Assembly (NCBI GenBank): GCA_014905635.1
Contig: CM026548.1
Location: 868,001 to 932,000 of the forward strand
Length of the DNA: 64,000 nt
Direction of reading: 5' to 3'
DNA from: Scenedesmus sp. PABB004
Taxonomy: Eukaryota
Shown: in pieces, positions 23,820 to 37,074 of the stretch
Layout of the letters: every line of letters begins with the position of its first letter
Numbering within the stretch: position 1 is the first letter of the stretch
Position numbers and translations under genes: made by a program
Notes under the pieces: generated by a model
What the model was told of the DNA's origin: nothing
Seen by the model: the letters and a program-made list of their open reading frames with translations, nothing else
Database searches by the model: none

Positions 23820-26800
23820 TCAAAACACGAGCGCGCCGGCGCCGCCGCCCGCCGCCGCGCCGGGCCCCGCGCCCGCCCCCGCCGCGTCGGCAGTCGGCGG
23901 CGCGGGCGGCGCCGCCGCGGCGGCCTTGGCCGCCGACGCGCGCGCCTTGACCGCCTTGACCTTTGCCACGAGGCCCGCCGTCAGCACGAGCGCGCCCGGC
24001 GCGCCCTGGCGCAGCAGGTCCACCTCCACCTGCAGGCCGTGCACGCAAGGGCGCGGGGCGATGCGCGCCGCTGAGGGGCAACCCGGCGCGGCGGCGCGGA
24101 GCGGGGCGCGCTCGCCCGAGCGCATGCGGGCGCGCGCGCGCGCCTGGCCGAAGAGGCGAAGGTTGCGCAGGCACAGCCGGCACACCGCGTCCTCCTGGCG
24201 GTCGGTGCCCACCTGCGCGCGCGAGGCAGCGCGGCGGAACGCCGCGTCGGCGGCGGCGGCCGACGCGGTGCGCGCCGCCGCCGCGGCGCCGGCCGCGCGC
24301 CGCCCGCGGCGCCAGCGGCGGCGGGCCGCAAACGCGCGCGCGCGGGCGCGGCGCGGCGCGGCGCACGAGCTTGATGGCGCGCCAGCCGTGCGCCGCGGGG
24401 TTGCTCTGCTGCGTGACGTGGACCTCGAATGGCTCGTTGACGCTCGAGCGCGCGTGGATCGGCGTGTACGGCCCGCCGCCGTCCGGCGCGGTCAGCGTCG
24501 CCCAGTTGCGCATGCGCCAGTAGCCGCTGCGCCGGTGGCCATGGCTGAACAGGTAGCGCGAAAAGTTGAGCATCTTGACGTTGGGCGGCAGCGTGACCTC
24601 GATCCAGGGCTGCGGTGGCGGGCCGCCGGCGCGTCAGCCGCGCGCGGCGGCGTTCCGCGCCGCGCCCGCGGCGCGCCGCCACGCCCGGCCGCCTCTGGCC
24701 CGCCGCGCGCCGCCTCTGGCCCGCCGCGCTCCGGCCGCGGCGCACCATGGGGTCGGCGCTGTCGTTGGTCTCAAAGTACGCGTCCGGGTCGGCCGAGAGC
24801 ACATGCGCGGGCACGCCCTCGCTCACGCCCGACACGCGCACCGAGCACAGCGGCGCGACCTGCGAGCGCGCGCGCGCGCGGCGCGGGCGGCGGCGTCGGC
24901 GCGGCGCGCGCCCGCACCCGCGCGCAGCAGCGCCGCCGGTTCCGCGCCGCGCCTCCCGCGCCCGCCCCGCGCCGCGCGGCGCACGCACGTGCTGCCAGAT
25001 CTCCCCCAGCTCCAGCGTGAGCGTGCGGCAGCCGCCCGGCAGGCCGTAGCGCTCGTCGCAGACGTAGCTGTCGCGCGGCGGCGGGGTCTGCCGCGCGAGC
25101 GGCAGCCCCGGGCGGTCCATGGCGGTCAGGCGCGTCATCGCGCCGCGCAGCAGCAGCTCCTGCGGCAGCTGCGGGTGCTCGGCGAGGCTGCCGATCGTCT
25201 GGTTGTCCAGGTAGGGCAGGCGGACCTGCGGGGTTTGGAGAGGTGGTTGAGGCGGTGTTTGAAACACGAAAGGAACAGCGGCGAGAGCCGCGCGCGCGCG
25301 GGCCCGGCGCAGCGTGCGCACTCGCCTCGCTGCAGATCGCCTCAGCGTCGGCCGCGTCGGTCTGTGTCGTCGCGAGGTAGCGCAGCACGAAGCGCAGCAC
25401 CTGCCGCGCGTTTGCGTGCGAGGGGAGAGGGAGGGGGAGGGGCGAGAGTGAGACAGAGGGGGTGGGCGTGCGCAGGCCGCGTGCCGCCGCCGCCGCAGCG
25501 CGGCCCCGCCAGCACCACGCGTCCACGCCCGACCTGCTGCTCGCAGTGCACCAGCAGCGCCGGGTGGCGCAGGATGGCCAGCACCTGCGCAGGTGGGGAC
25601 GGGAGCGGGAGGGACACGCGCGCGCGCGCGAGCAGGGCGGCGTGTCAGCCGGGCGCGGCCGCGGCCGCCGCGCCGCAGCGCCCGGAGGAGTCTCCGCGCG
25701 CGCCTGCGCGGGGCCGAGGCCGGCGACGTCGGCGTCAAAGATGAACTGAAAGCCTGCCGGGGGCGGCGGCGGCACGTGAGAGTCGGCCGACCTCCACGCG
25801 CGGACGGGTGCGAGGGGCGGGGGCCGCGCCGCGCGGCGGCGGCGGCGGCGATGGCGGCGGCGGCGGCGGCGCGCCACCGCACCCTGGGCCGCGAGCTCGA
25901 TGCAGGTCTGCTGGATGTCGTCGATGGCATACTTTGCGGCGCGGCGCAGGTAGCTGCGCGGCGGGCGCGTGCGGCGCGTGTGTGAATGCAGGTGGTCGCG
26001 CGGCGGGCGAGGGTCGGCGGCAGACGCCGCGGCGCTGGCTGGGCAGGCGACGCAGGGTGCGCGGCGGCGCAGGGGCGCGCGCCTGATGCAGTTGTCGACC
26101 GAGAGGCGGCTGGACACAAAGTCCAGGCAGAAGCTGCGCGGGGGCGTGGCGCGGGCGGGCGGCCGTGAGCCGCGCGGCGGCGGCGGCGGCGCCGCGGCCG
26201 CGCGGCGGCGGGCATCGGCAGGGCCGCGCGCCTGTCGACGGTCGGCACGAGCAGCTGGCGCGCGAGGGAGAGGAGCGGGAGGACGTTGTCGTCGTTGATG
26301 GGGATTGTGTCGCTGTAAAAGTAATCCACGAGCGCCGGCCACACCTGTGCGCACGTGGCGCGGTGCCGCGGCGGCCGTTGGCCGGCTGCGTCCCGGCAGC
26401 GCGCCGCGCCGGGCTCGGGCCCGGGCCCCGGCCGCCCCGGCGCGCCGCGGCGGCCCGCGGCGGCGCGCGCGCGCCTCCTCGGACTTGTCGAGGTGCAGCT
26501 CGATCACGCGCGTGCTGCTCTCGCTGAAGCCGCCGGCGAGGGCGCGGTAGAAGAACTCCGAGCGCCGGGCCACGAGCAGCGAGTGCAGGCGCCACTGCCC
26601 GGACGCCGTCTCCACGAGCAGGTCGGCGAACTCGCCGCTGCCGACGCGGTCCTGGAACCTGCGGCGCGCGTGCGCGGCGGAGCGGGGCGCGGCGCGCGGC
26701 GGCGTCGGTGGCCTCGCCGCCGGCCGCTGGTCGTGCTGCGGCATGCTGCGGCAGCTTGCTCGGCCAGCGGCAGCTGGCCCGGCGGCGGCGGCGCGCGGCG

Positions 26801-26937
26801 CCGGGCGACGACACAGTGGGCGCTGTGTCGCCCGGCTCGAACGCCGTCGCCGCCGCGCACCTGCTGAATCCGCTGAGCGCGGCCTCGCCGTAGACGCGCT
26901 CGAGACCCTGGCGGTCCTCCGGCCGCGGGCGCTCCAT
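23820..26937 (-). CDS. BTB/POZ-BACK protein with C-terminal discoidin/galactose-binding-like domain
   Basis: FADLLV...LHSLLVARRSEFFYRALAGGFSES, LVDYFYSDTI, LSVDNCI, VRLPYL, YFETND...PWIEV...MRNW; 12 introns, 6 with GC donors. Confidence 0.88.
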
Positions 26938-27354
26938 TGTGCGTCAGGGAACGGGCCCGGACCCGATGCCGCAGCCTGGCGCGGCGCCCGGCTGCCCCGC
27001 TGCCCGTGCCGCGCGAGCGGGTGCGCGGTGGCGATGTCGGCGATGCGGATTGCGCGCCACCGGCCTCCGGGAGGTGCTCACGAGCTCTGCCCTGTCCTGC
27101 TGGCCCCGCTTCAGCAGGCGCCCGCCCGCGACGACGGCGCTGCGCGACCCCAGGCTCCTGCGTGAGTTGCGGGCTGGCCGGCAGCCAACGGCCGGCGTCT
27201 GGCGTTGGCGGCGTCGGCGGTTGCGCAGCGTGACGAGCGACCGCTGCGCCGCCGCTCGCGGCCGACGGCGGCCGGCTTCACGAAGGATTCCCCTGGACTC
27301 CACACCACCGCCCTGAGCACCTGCCACACAACGCTGGGGGCAATTGCAGGCGCG

Positions 27355-29268
27355 ATGGCCGCGACCGACGCGGCGCCGCCGGCGCAGCAGTCTGCGCTCG
27401 CGCCGTTCCCGCTCCTCGCGGCACCCGGGGCATACGTCGCCGGCACGTTTGACTACTACTCCAACTGCAGCAGGCAAGGGGGCGCTGCCCAGCACGCCCG
27501 CCAGCCGCCCCGCTCCTGCCCAGCCGCCGCCGCGCTCCGCGCGCGCCGCCGCCGCCCCGTTCCGGACCCAGGGACCCGGCGCGGCGCGTGGACTTTGTGG
27601 CCTGGCTCGACGTCTTCAGGGCGAGCACGCCGACGTTCACGTCGCACGCGGCGCGCGACGCGAGCGTGCCCGACGCGGCGGCGGGCGCAGAGCGCTTCGC
27701 ACAGGCGTTCACCGCCGCGCTCGACGCGCTCGCCGCCGCGCCGACGCGCGAGCTGCCGGGCTTCTCCGCGCAGCCGGTCAGCTGCGCGACGCTCTGCCAC
27801 GTCCGGGAGCGCTGCCTGCAGGACGCCGGCTTCCGGGACATTTTCAAGGCCGTCAAGCAGACGGAGGACGCCGCCGCGCTGCAGCTGCTGCCGCAGGTGC
27901 TGCGCGCGCGGGGGGGGGGGGGGGGGGGGCGCCGGCCGCGGCCGGCCGCGCGGCGGCGCCGGCGGCTCACCGCCCCCCCCCCCCCCCCCCTCCGCCCCGC
28001 GCCAGGTGCTGCGGGCGCTCGACGCGCAGCCCAGCCGGCGCGACGCGCTGGAGGCGGCGCTGCGCGGCGTCTTCGCAGGAAATATCTTTGATCTCGGCGC
28101 TGCGGCGTCGGCGGCGCGCTACGAGTCCGGCGCGGGCGCCGGGTTTCACTGCGCGCTCGACGCGCTGCTGCCGCGGCCGTGGGTGCGGTCGCGCGCGCGC
28201 GGCGCGCCGGGCCGGCCCGGCCAGGCCGCCGCGGCGCTGGGCGCGCGGGACCGCCCCGCCGCCGGCACCGCACCCGCGCGCACCCGCCGGCGCCCCGCCG
28301 GCGTCAGGTGGTGGACGACCTGGACGCCCTGCTGGCGCGGCTCACCGAGGGGCCGCGTTACGCCAAGGCGGTCGCCTACGTGGACAATGCGGGCGCCGAC
28401 GTGCTGCTCGGCATGCTCCCGCTCGCGCGCGAGCTGGTCAAGGCCGGCACGCAGGCGCGCGTGGCGCGGCGCGGCGCGGCGCGGGCCGGCGGCCGGGCGG
28501 CGGCGCGGCGCGGCGTGCCTGCGCGGCGCAGGCCTACATGCCGCGCCGCCGCGCGGCCTGCAGGTTGTCCTCGCGGCCAACAGCGCGCCGAGCATCAACG
28601 ACACGACCGCGGAGGAGCTTCGCCCGCTGCTCGCCGCGGCGGCGGCGGGCGACGAGCTGCTCGCGGCCGCGACGGCGAGCGGCGCGCTGCGCGTGGTCGC
28701 GAGCGGCAACGAGCTGCCCGTGGTGGACCTGCGCGAGGTGGGCCCGCACCCATGAGTGGCCACAGCCGCGCGCGTGCGAGCAGAGCGCGCTGCCGCCGGC
28801 CCCTCGCTGCCGCGGCGCGGCTGGCCATGCCGCGCGCGCGCGCGGGCCGGCTGCGCAGGTGTCGGCCGAGCTCGCGGCGGAGGCGGCCGACGCGGACCTG
28901 CTCATCCTCGAGGGCATGGGGCGCGCGATCGAGACCAACCTCTGCGCCACGTTCACCGTGGACAGCATCAAGGCGCGCGCGGGCGCCGCGCCGTGCCGCG
29001 CCGCGCCGCGCCGCGCACCCCGGCGCGCCGCGCCGCGGCGCCGGCTGGCACGCGCGCGAGGGAACGGCCGCGCCGCTTTGCGCCACGCCGCCGCGCTGCG
29101 GCGCAACCCGCGGGTCCCCCGCCGCCGCCGCCGCCGCCGCAGCTGGGCATGATCAAGCACCCGGAGGTCGCGGCGTGCCTCGGCGGCCGCCTCTATGACT
29201 GCGTATGCAAGTTCGACGCTGCCGGCACCACGCGGAGCCTCGAGTCGCTGACCGCGCACCTAAACTGA
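27355..29268 (+). CDS. DUF89/ARMT1-like damage-control phosphatase (PANK4 C-terminal type)
   Basis: RERCLQDAGFRDIFKAVKQTE, GVFAGNIFDLGA, RPW|VVDD, YVDNAGADVLLGMLP, LAANSAPSINDTT, LEGMGRAIETN; 6 introns. Confidence 0.93.
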
Positions 29269-29323
29269 CTGCGCCGCAGCCGCGGCGGTGGAGGCGGGCG
29301 GGCCGGGCTCGGCAGCAGCAGGC

Positions 29324-29345
29324 ACTGTCACTCTAGAGTGACAGT
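29324..29345. terminator. Perfect 22-bp palindrome between convergent genes; possible bidirectional 3'-end signal
   Basis: actgtcactctagagtgacagt equals its own reverse complement; function is inferred. Confidence 0.45.
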
Positions 29346-29603
29346 CGCAGATCTGCGCGCTGCGCCCGCCCGCCCGCGCGGCCGCCGGCAGGCGCCCGCT
29401 CCGCCCGGGCGCGGCAGCTGTGCGCGCCGCGCCGCCGCCAGGTCGCCGCCGCCCGCCCCGCCCGGTTCTTCGCTGCCCCGTGGCACGCTACACCCCCGCC
29501 ACCCCAGTCAGTCAGCAGGGCACCCGGTCCCGCCGCTCTCTGCTGCTCACGCACCGCCCGCGCGGCGCCGCTGGCGCGCGGGCTCAGTTCGCCGCAGCCG
29601 GGC

Positions 29604-30075
29604 TCAGTTCTCCGGTTTCTGGCCAAAGCGCGCGTACTGCTCCTCGATCCGCTTGACCATGCTGTCCTCCTGCTCCGCGATCCACGTGAAGCCGTACGCC
29701 CCGAGGCCGCCGGCGATGAGGTGCTCCCACGGCTTCCTGCGCACGCGGGCGGCGGCGACACACGCGGGCGCGCCGCGGCGCGTGGGCGAAGCACGCGGGG
29801 GTGCGAGGCCGGCGCCGGCCGCTGCCCCGGCGCCGGCCGCGCAGCACGGCGCGGCGCGGCGGCAGCAGCAGCAGCAGCAGCATCAGCGGCGCCCGCGCCG
29901 CGGGCGCGCCGGGGCGCCGGCCGCTCGGAATTGCCCGCCGCGGCGCCGCCCGGCGCGCGGGGGGGTCGGGGGCGGGCGGGGCGCACCTATAGACGGGCAG
30001 GTACTGCAGCCCGTTCTTGAAGCAGGTGATGCCCACCCCGACCAGCGCGCCCAGCGTGCTGGCAACGGCCGGCAT
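29604..30075 (-). CDS. NDUFC2: Mitochondrial complex I subunit B14.5b
   Basis: MPAVASTLGALVGVGITCFKNGLQYLPVYR|KPWEHLIAGGLGA resembles the plant B14.5b N-x-L-x-x-L-P...PWEH pattern; intron 29737-29986. Confidence 0.82.
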
Positions 30076-31003
30076 GGCGGGAGCTGGCGGCGGCGGACTC
30101 AGCGCCCCGGCACGGCGCGCCCTGGAGCCGCCCGGCGGGGCGCCTGGCGCGGCCTCGCGGGCAGCAGCAGCAGGCCGGGCGCTGCCGAGGTGGCGGGGCC
30201 GATCAGGCCGCGTGTGGGCGTGCGGTGGGCGTGCGGGTGCCGGTTCTGCGCCGGGCGCACGGCGGGGGGAGGCAGGCGGCGGCGCCGGCGGCGGCGCTGG
30301 ACCGCGCCGCTGCGCCGCCGCGGCGCCCGCTCGAGGTCGAGCTGCGGCCGCGCCAGTCTCCCGGTCAACACAGCACCGTCTGGGACTCGGCCCGCACCGC
30401 CAGCCCTGCGCGCGAGCGCGCGGCGCCGAGAGAGGCGACCGGGGGCGAGCAATTGACTGATCCCCGCTCTGCGAAGACGGTCGTGCGTCACAGGCTGCGG
30501 CGGAGGCGCGCGGGCGTCGCAGGTGGGCGCGGGCGCGTAGGATGCGCCGCTGTCGGCGCCTCCCCCGGCCGCCCCGCGGTGCCGCGAGGGCTGCGCCGCC
30601 GCCCAGGCGCAGCCGGGATCACGGCGGAGGCGCACGCCGAGCGGGCGCGCAGGGTGGGCGCGCAGGCGGCAGCATCAGCCCGCGCGGGCGCTGCCGGCGC
30701 TGTCGGAGCGCGCGCGGCTCCCGCGCGCCGGGCCCGCCCGCTTGCGTCGTTGCGCGAGCTCCTGCGGCGCGCAGCGGCTGCGCCACCGGCGCGGGGACAG
30801 CAGCAGCGGCGGCGCTGCGCGGACCGCGCGCCGCCAGCTTGTCGCGGCGCCTGCCGCGGTGCCGCCCACGCGCCCGCCGCCCCGCCCACCGCGCAGGCAC
30901 TCCACGCGGCGCGCGCCGGCAGCGAGCGAAGCTGGCGTAGCCGAGCCGGGGCGCGGCGCGGCGCGCGCGGCCGGCCGCCGCTCGGCGGCGGGCCGTCGGC
31001 GGC

Positions 31004-33728
31004 ATGGGCAACGTGTGCGGCTCCGCGCGCGCCGCCGGCGACGTTGGCGCCGCCGGCGTCCAGGAGGCGGCGCCCGCGCCGGCGCCGGCGGACGACATCG
31101 AGCGCGCGCTCGCCGCGGCGCGGGCGGAGCTCGACGCGGGCGCCGCTGGCGCCGCGCTGGCGGACGACTACGAGGTCGGGCGCATCATCGGGCACGGCGC
31201 GTTCGCCAAGGTCCAGGCGTGCACGCACCGCGCGAGCGGCGCCGAGTTTGCGGTCAAGACGGTGCCCAAGCGGTCCGACGACCTCAAGCAGCGCGAGGGT
31301 GCGCCCTCCCTCTGTCTCCCTCCCTCTCCCCCTCTCTCTCGCTCTCTCGCGCGCGCGTGCGGACCGCAGGCCGCGGGGCAGCAGACCCCGGCGGCGACGA
31401 CGGCAGGCCGCCGCGCCTCACCCCCGCGCCTCACCCCCGCGCCCGCGCCGCGCAGGCGTGGTGAAGGAGGTCGCGATCATGCGCCTGCTGCAGGGCCACC
31501 CGCACACCGTGCAGCTGTCGCGCGTGTACGAGGACGCCGCCGCGTTCCACCTGGTGATGGAGCTCTGCGCCGGCGGCGAGCTCTTCAACCGCATCATACG
31601 CGCCGGCCAGTTTGGCGAGCGCGACGCCGCGGCCGTCATGCGCGCGCTGCTGAGCTTCGTGCAGCACGCGCACGCGCGCCACGTCGTGCACCGGTGCGCC
31701 GCGCCCCGCGCGCCGCCGCCGCGCCGCGGCAAGCGCGCCGCCGGGCGCGCTCGCGGCGGCGCTCTCGCTCACCCGCGCCGCGCCGCGTCCCGCCGTCCCC
31801 CCCCCCCCCCCTTCCCCTGCAGGGACCTGAAGCCCGAGAACATCCTGCTCACCTCGGCGGGGCCGGAGGGGCAGCTGCGCGTCGTCGACTTTGGGACGTC
31901 CGAGTTCTGCCGCCCCGGGGAGCGCCTCACGCAGAAGTTCGGCACGCCCTACTACGTCGCGCCAGAGGTGCGCCGCGCGGCGGGGCTCCCCGGGAGGGTC
32001 CAAGGGTCCAAGGCAGCGGCGGCGCGGGGCGTCTGCGGCGAGCCCGGCGTGACGCGCGCGCGCCTTGCCCCACCGCGGCCGCGCAGGTGCTGCAGTGCGA
32101 CTACGGCCCCGCCGCGGACGTGTGGAGCTGCGGCGTGGTGCTCTACATCCTACTGTGTGGCTACCCGCCCTTTGCGGGCGCGAGCGACGCGCGCATCCTG
32201 CAAAAGGTCGCGGCCGGCGCCTACTCGTTCGCCAACCGCGAGGCGCGGCGCGGCGCGGCGCGCGGCGCGCGGCGCGGCGGGAGGCGCGGCGGCGCGCGCG
32301 GAGGGCGCGACAGCGGGCGGGCGGCCGCGCTCGCGCCGCGCCGCCGACGGCCTGCCTGCTCCGCCGCGCGCCGCCGCGCAGTGGCAGTGCGTGACGGAGG
32401 GCGCCAAGCAGGCGGTGACGGCCATGCTGGCGGTGGACCCGCGCGAGCGCGCGTCCGCGGCCGAGCTGCTCGCGACGCCGTGGCTCGTCGACAGCAGCGG
32501 CGGCTCGCCCGGCGGCTCGCAGGACGGGTCGCCGGGCGGGTCGCCGCGCGCCGCCGCCGCGGCGGCCGCGCCCGCGGCGCCCGCGACGCGCCGCGCGCGC
32601 AGCTCCGGCGACGGCGCGGCGCTGGGCACGCACATGGTGCGCCGGCTGCGCGCCTTTGCTGCCATGAGCCACATGAAGCGCCTCGCCCTCGTGGTGCTCG
32701 CGCGCAGCCTGACGAGCAGGGACGTCGCGCGCCTGCGGGTGCGTCGCGCGCGAAAGAGAGGAGAGGGAGATCGGGAGGGAGTTTGTTTGGGCGGCGGGGC
32801 GCGCGCGCGGGCGGGGGAGGGAGCGCGCGCGCGCGCGGGGCGGTCAGCGCTGACCGCCCGCCGTTGTTTGCCGCGCGCGATGCGGCTGGCAGGAGCTCTT
32901 CCTGGCGATGGACAAGGACGAGGACGGCCACATCAACGCGGCCGACCTGCACGCCGCGCTCACCCACGTGCGCGCCGCCGCCGCCGCCGCCGCCCTCCCT
33001 CGCCCTCCCTCGCCCTCCCTCGCCCTCCCTCGCCCTCCCTCGCCCTCCCTCGCCCTCCCTCGCCCTCCCTCGCCCTCCCTCGCCCGCGTCACCCACGCCC
33101 ACGCCCGCCGCGCTGCGTGCCGCGCGCCGCCCGCAGGTCGGCGGCGTGCTCGCGCCGGGCGAGCTCGACGAGCTGCTGCGCCTCTCTGACGTGAGCGGGC
33201 GGGGGAGCATCGACTACGAGATGTTCCTCGCCGCCATGCTTGACAGCGGCCGCGTCGCGGCGCGGCGCGACGCGGTGCGGCGGTCGTTCGAGACGCTCGA
33301 CCGCGACGGCGACGGCTTCATCTCGGTCGAGGACCTCGCCCAGGCGCGCGGCGCGGCGGCGGCGCGACGCGGCGGCGGCGCGACGCGGCGGCGGCGCGCG
33401 GCGGCGCGGGGTCGCGGCGGCGGCGCGGGGTCGCGGCGGCGGCGCGGGGCCGCCGCGCGAGTGCCGGCGCGGGAGGGCGCGCGGCGCCGACGCCCGCCGC
33501 GGCCGAACACGCGTCGCGCAGGTGCTGCAGGACGAGCGGCCCGCGATGCGCGGCCCGGGCGGGCGCAAGCTGTCGATGGAGGTCGCGCACGTCATGGTGC
33601 GCGAGGTCGACGCCGACTGCGACGGCACCGTGAGCTACGAGGACTTCCGCGCCATGTGGGGCGCCGCGACGCCCCGCGGCGCGCCCTCGCCCGCGCCCGC
33701 GCCCGCGCCCGCGGCGGTCACCGCGTGA
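31004..33728 (+). CDS. CDPK: Calcium-dependent protein kinase
   Basis: MGNVCGS acylation motif; GHGAFAKV, HRDLKPEN, DFG, GTPYYVAPE; junction RLRAFAAMSHMKRLAL; four EF hands (DKDEDGHIN, DVSGRGSID, DRDGDGFIS, DADCDGTVS). Confidence 0.96.
32991..33080. repeat. Perfect (CGCCCTCCCT)9 intronic tandem repeat
   Basis: Nine identical 10-mers in a CDPK intron. Confidence 0.95.
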
Positions 33729-35411
33729 GCGCGCCCGCGCGGGCGCTCACGCGGCGGCGCGGGCGCGCCGCAGCGGGGCGCGGCTTATTGACGCGGCGCG
33801 CTGCCGCCCGGGCGGGGCCTGCGACGCCGCCCGGGAGGCGGCGCAGCGTGCGTAGCAGCGGGCACATGCCCGCCTGCCTTGACCGCGCGCGTGCGTGCGC
33901 GCGCGTGGCGCGCCAAGCTGTGCCGCGGCGCGCGCGCACTGCCGCGCGGCGCATAGCGCACCGCAGCGCACTGATGATGGCGGCACTGCAGGCGGCGACG
34001 GCGGCCACTTGGCGCCGCGCCGAGCGAGCGGGGCGGCGGGGCTTGAGACGGGACAGGGGCGGCGGGGGCGTGTGTTGGTGTCCACGGCGCGGCGCCGGTG
34101 GCTGCAGCGGGGGCGGCGGGGCCGCGCGCCGCGGCCGCCCGCGCGGCGGCCAGCGCGCGCGGCGCCCGCATGCCCCCGCATCAGCGCGCCCGGCGCCGCC
34201 GCCGCGGCGGCTGGTTGGAGGCGCGAGCACTGTCTGATGGCACTTCTCCATGACGGCGGGTGTGCGACTCCGAGGCAGCCCTGTGAGCAACTCAGTCTGT
34301 GAGCGACTCTGTCTGCGTGGGCCCGAGGTGCGTGGCGGCTCCACCCCCCTGGTCGGCACGCGGCGCAGCAGCATCGTTTTTTGCTCGACGGGGGGCGCGG
34401 TTTTTTTTCCAGGCCTTCCCCGCCGACCGACGATCGACTGACTTCAGCAAGAGATTGCATGATGTGTCAGGGCCAGCTCGAGTAGCACCAGCGCGCGGCA
34501 GGACGTGAGCGCCGCGCCGCCGGCGGCGTGATGGTGTGTGTGTGTCTGTGGGCCTGCACGCGTGCACTGCTGCCATTCGCCTGTGCACGCAGTCGCGCTC
34601 CGCTCCACTCGGTCGTGGTCGCCATTCAGCGACTCACAATCAAAATGACCACGGCGCGTGCCCAGTGGGGGCAGTTCGTTTCCGAGGCCTGGCCTTTGAG
34701 CAGCGCGCGCCTCCCTGCATCGTGACGTGGTGGAACCTCGGCGGCGGCAACGCATGTGAATGGTGAATTGTGGCGCCGCGCGGCGGCCCACCCTGTTCTG
34801 CCAGTGTGCCTGTGTGTGCTCCGAGCCTGAGCTCTGCCTTGCGCGCCGGTGTAACTCTGTCTGCTGTGCTGCGCGCTGTGGGCGGCCGCGCGCACTGTTT
34901 GCGGGGGGGCTGGCGTCACCGCCGCAGCCGCCGCTGGCTTTTGCGACCGCTGCTGCTGCCGCTGGTGCCGCGCGCTGCGGCGGCGGCTGGCCGGCCTGCG
35001 CGATGCAATGACATGGATTCAGCACGCCGTGCGCCTCCGCCCTGGGCGCTGCCGCGGCGCGAGGGCGCGCGGGCTGCCGGCGGCGGCCGGCCGACGCTGC
35101 GCTGCTGCGCCCGGTGCCGCGGCGGCGCAGACAGAGCCGCGCGCCCGCGCAGCGCTGCAGAGTAGTCGCGGCGAGCGGCACGGCGCTGCGGGGGCTCGAT
35201 TGCTGCGCGGCTCAGGGCGGGCTTGGACCGCAAGTGACGACGGCGCCCGCCGACGAACGAACGCGCCGCCTCTCCCACCCGGCCGCCACACCGCCGCCAC
35301 TCGCCACCGCCGCCGCCGCCACCGGCACAACCAAAGCCGCCAGCTGCACTCCCCCGCGCCGCGCCGCGCCGCGCCCGCGTCTGCTGCGGCCGCGGCAGCG
35401 GCCGGCGCGCG

Positions 35412-37026
35412 ATGGCGGCGGCGGCGCCGCCGCCGCCGCCGGGGCACGTGGCGCGCAGCGGCTACCGTGGCTTTGGCAGCTTCATGGGTGAGGACGTGGA
35501 GGCGCTGGTGCGGCAGGGGCCCGCCGCCTACGTGGCGCCGGCGCTGCCGTTTGACGACCCCGCCGACGCCGACGGCGCGGCGTGCCCCGCCGCCGAGTTT
35601 GGCGCCGCCGCGCGGCGCCACTTTGCGGTCGACTTTGCCGCGTGGGCGTTTGTCAACCACGGCGCGTTCGGCGCGCCCGCCGCGCCCGCGCGCCGCGCCG
35701 CCGACGCGTGGCGCGCGCGCTGCGAGGCGCAGCCGCTGCGCTTCATCGACAGGCGCGGCGCGGCCGCCCAGCGGCGCGGGTGCTGAGCAGCGCGGCCGCC
35801 GACCGGCGCGCCGAGCGGCGCGGCGAGCGGCGCGGCGCGGAGCCGCAGCCGAGGCTGCCGAGCGCCGCACGCGGCGTGTGTGCGCGCGCGCGCAGGGAGC
35901 TGTTCCCGCACCTGGTCCGTGTCATCCGCGAGCTCGCCGCCCTTGTCAACTGCCCGCCCGAGGCGCGCGCCGCACCGCAAGCGCTGCGCCGCGCCGCGCC
36001 GCGCCACGGGCGCCGCGCCGCAAACGCCGCGCCACGAGCGCCGCGCCGCGAACGCCGCACCACGCATGCCGCGCCGCGCCACGCCGCGCCGCGCAGGACC
36101 TCGTGCTGCTGCCCAACGCCACCACGGGGCTGAACGCCGTCATCGCCAGCACGCGCCTCGGCGCGGGCGACACGGTGTTCAGCCTAGACCTCGGGTGCGC
36201 GCGCCGCGCGGCCGCGCCGCGGCCGGCCGGCCTTGGTCCGCGCCCGCCGCGCCCGCCGCCCCGGCGCCGCCGCCGCCGCAATGGGCTTGAAGCGGGGAGC
36301 CCGTGTCAAGCCCAGTGTCCCTGTCCCGCCAGGTACGGTTCGGTGAAAAAGATGATTGCGGCCGCGTGCGAGGCGGCCGGCGCGCGGCACGTGGAGGGCC
36401 GGGTGCCCTTCCCTCCCAGGTGAGCCCGCCCGCCGGCGCGCGACGCTGCGCGACGCTGCGCCGCCGGCCCGAGCGACCGCCACCACCGCCGCGCCCGCGG
36501 CCGCGGCCGCGGCCGCGGCGCAGCGGGCCGCAGGCCGTCGTCGACGCCGTCGCCGCCAGCCTGCCGGCCGGCGCGCGGCTGGCCGTCTTTGACGCCGTGA
36601 CGAGCAACACCGCGCTCGTGCTGCCGCTGCCGGAGCTCGTCGCGCTCTGCCGCAGCAGGTGCGTGCATGTGTGTTTGGCGCCGCCCCGCGCACCGCCCCA
36701 CCGCGCCGCGCCCTACCTCAGCGCCGCGGCGCGCGCGTGGCGCAGGGGCGTGCCCGTGCTCGTCGACGGCGCGCACGCGCTGGGCATGCTGCCGCTCGAC
36801 CTGGCCGCGCTCGGGGCCGACTACTTCGTTGCCAACTGCCACAAGTGGCTGTGCGGCGCGCGCGGCAGCGCGATGCTCTACGCCGCGCCGGCGCGCCAGG
36901 CGGCGCTGCGGCCGGCCGTGCTCTCGCACGGCGCGGGCGGCGGGCTGCTCAGCCGCTTCATCTGGGACGGCTGCCGCGACTACGCGCCGCTGCTCGCGGC
37001 GTCGAGCGCGGTGCGCTGGTGGCGGC

Positions 37027-37074
<48 letters not shown>

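Noticed and set aside
32991..33080. Tandem repeats as CRISPR-like arrays (also 3070-3213 and 20282-20357)
   Set aside because: No unique spacers, no cas genes, eukaryotic intron/UTR context
33729..35411. 1.7-kb lower-GC interval as a possible hidden gene, RNA cluster or SECIS
   Set aside because: No credible ORF or RNA motif; best explained as a long CDPK 3' UTR ending after TGTAA at 34850, plus the next promoter
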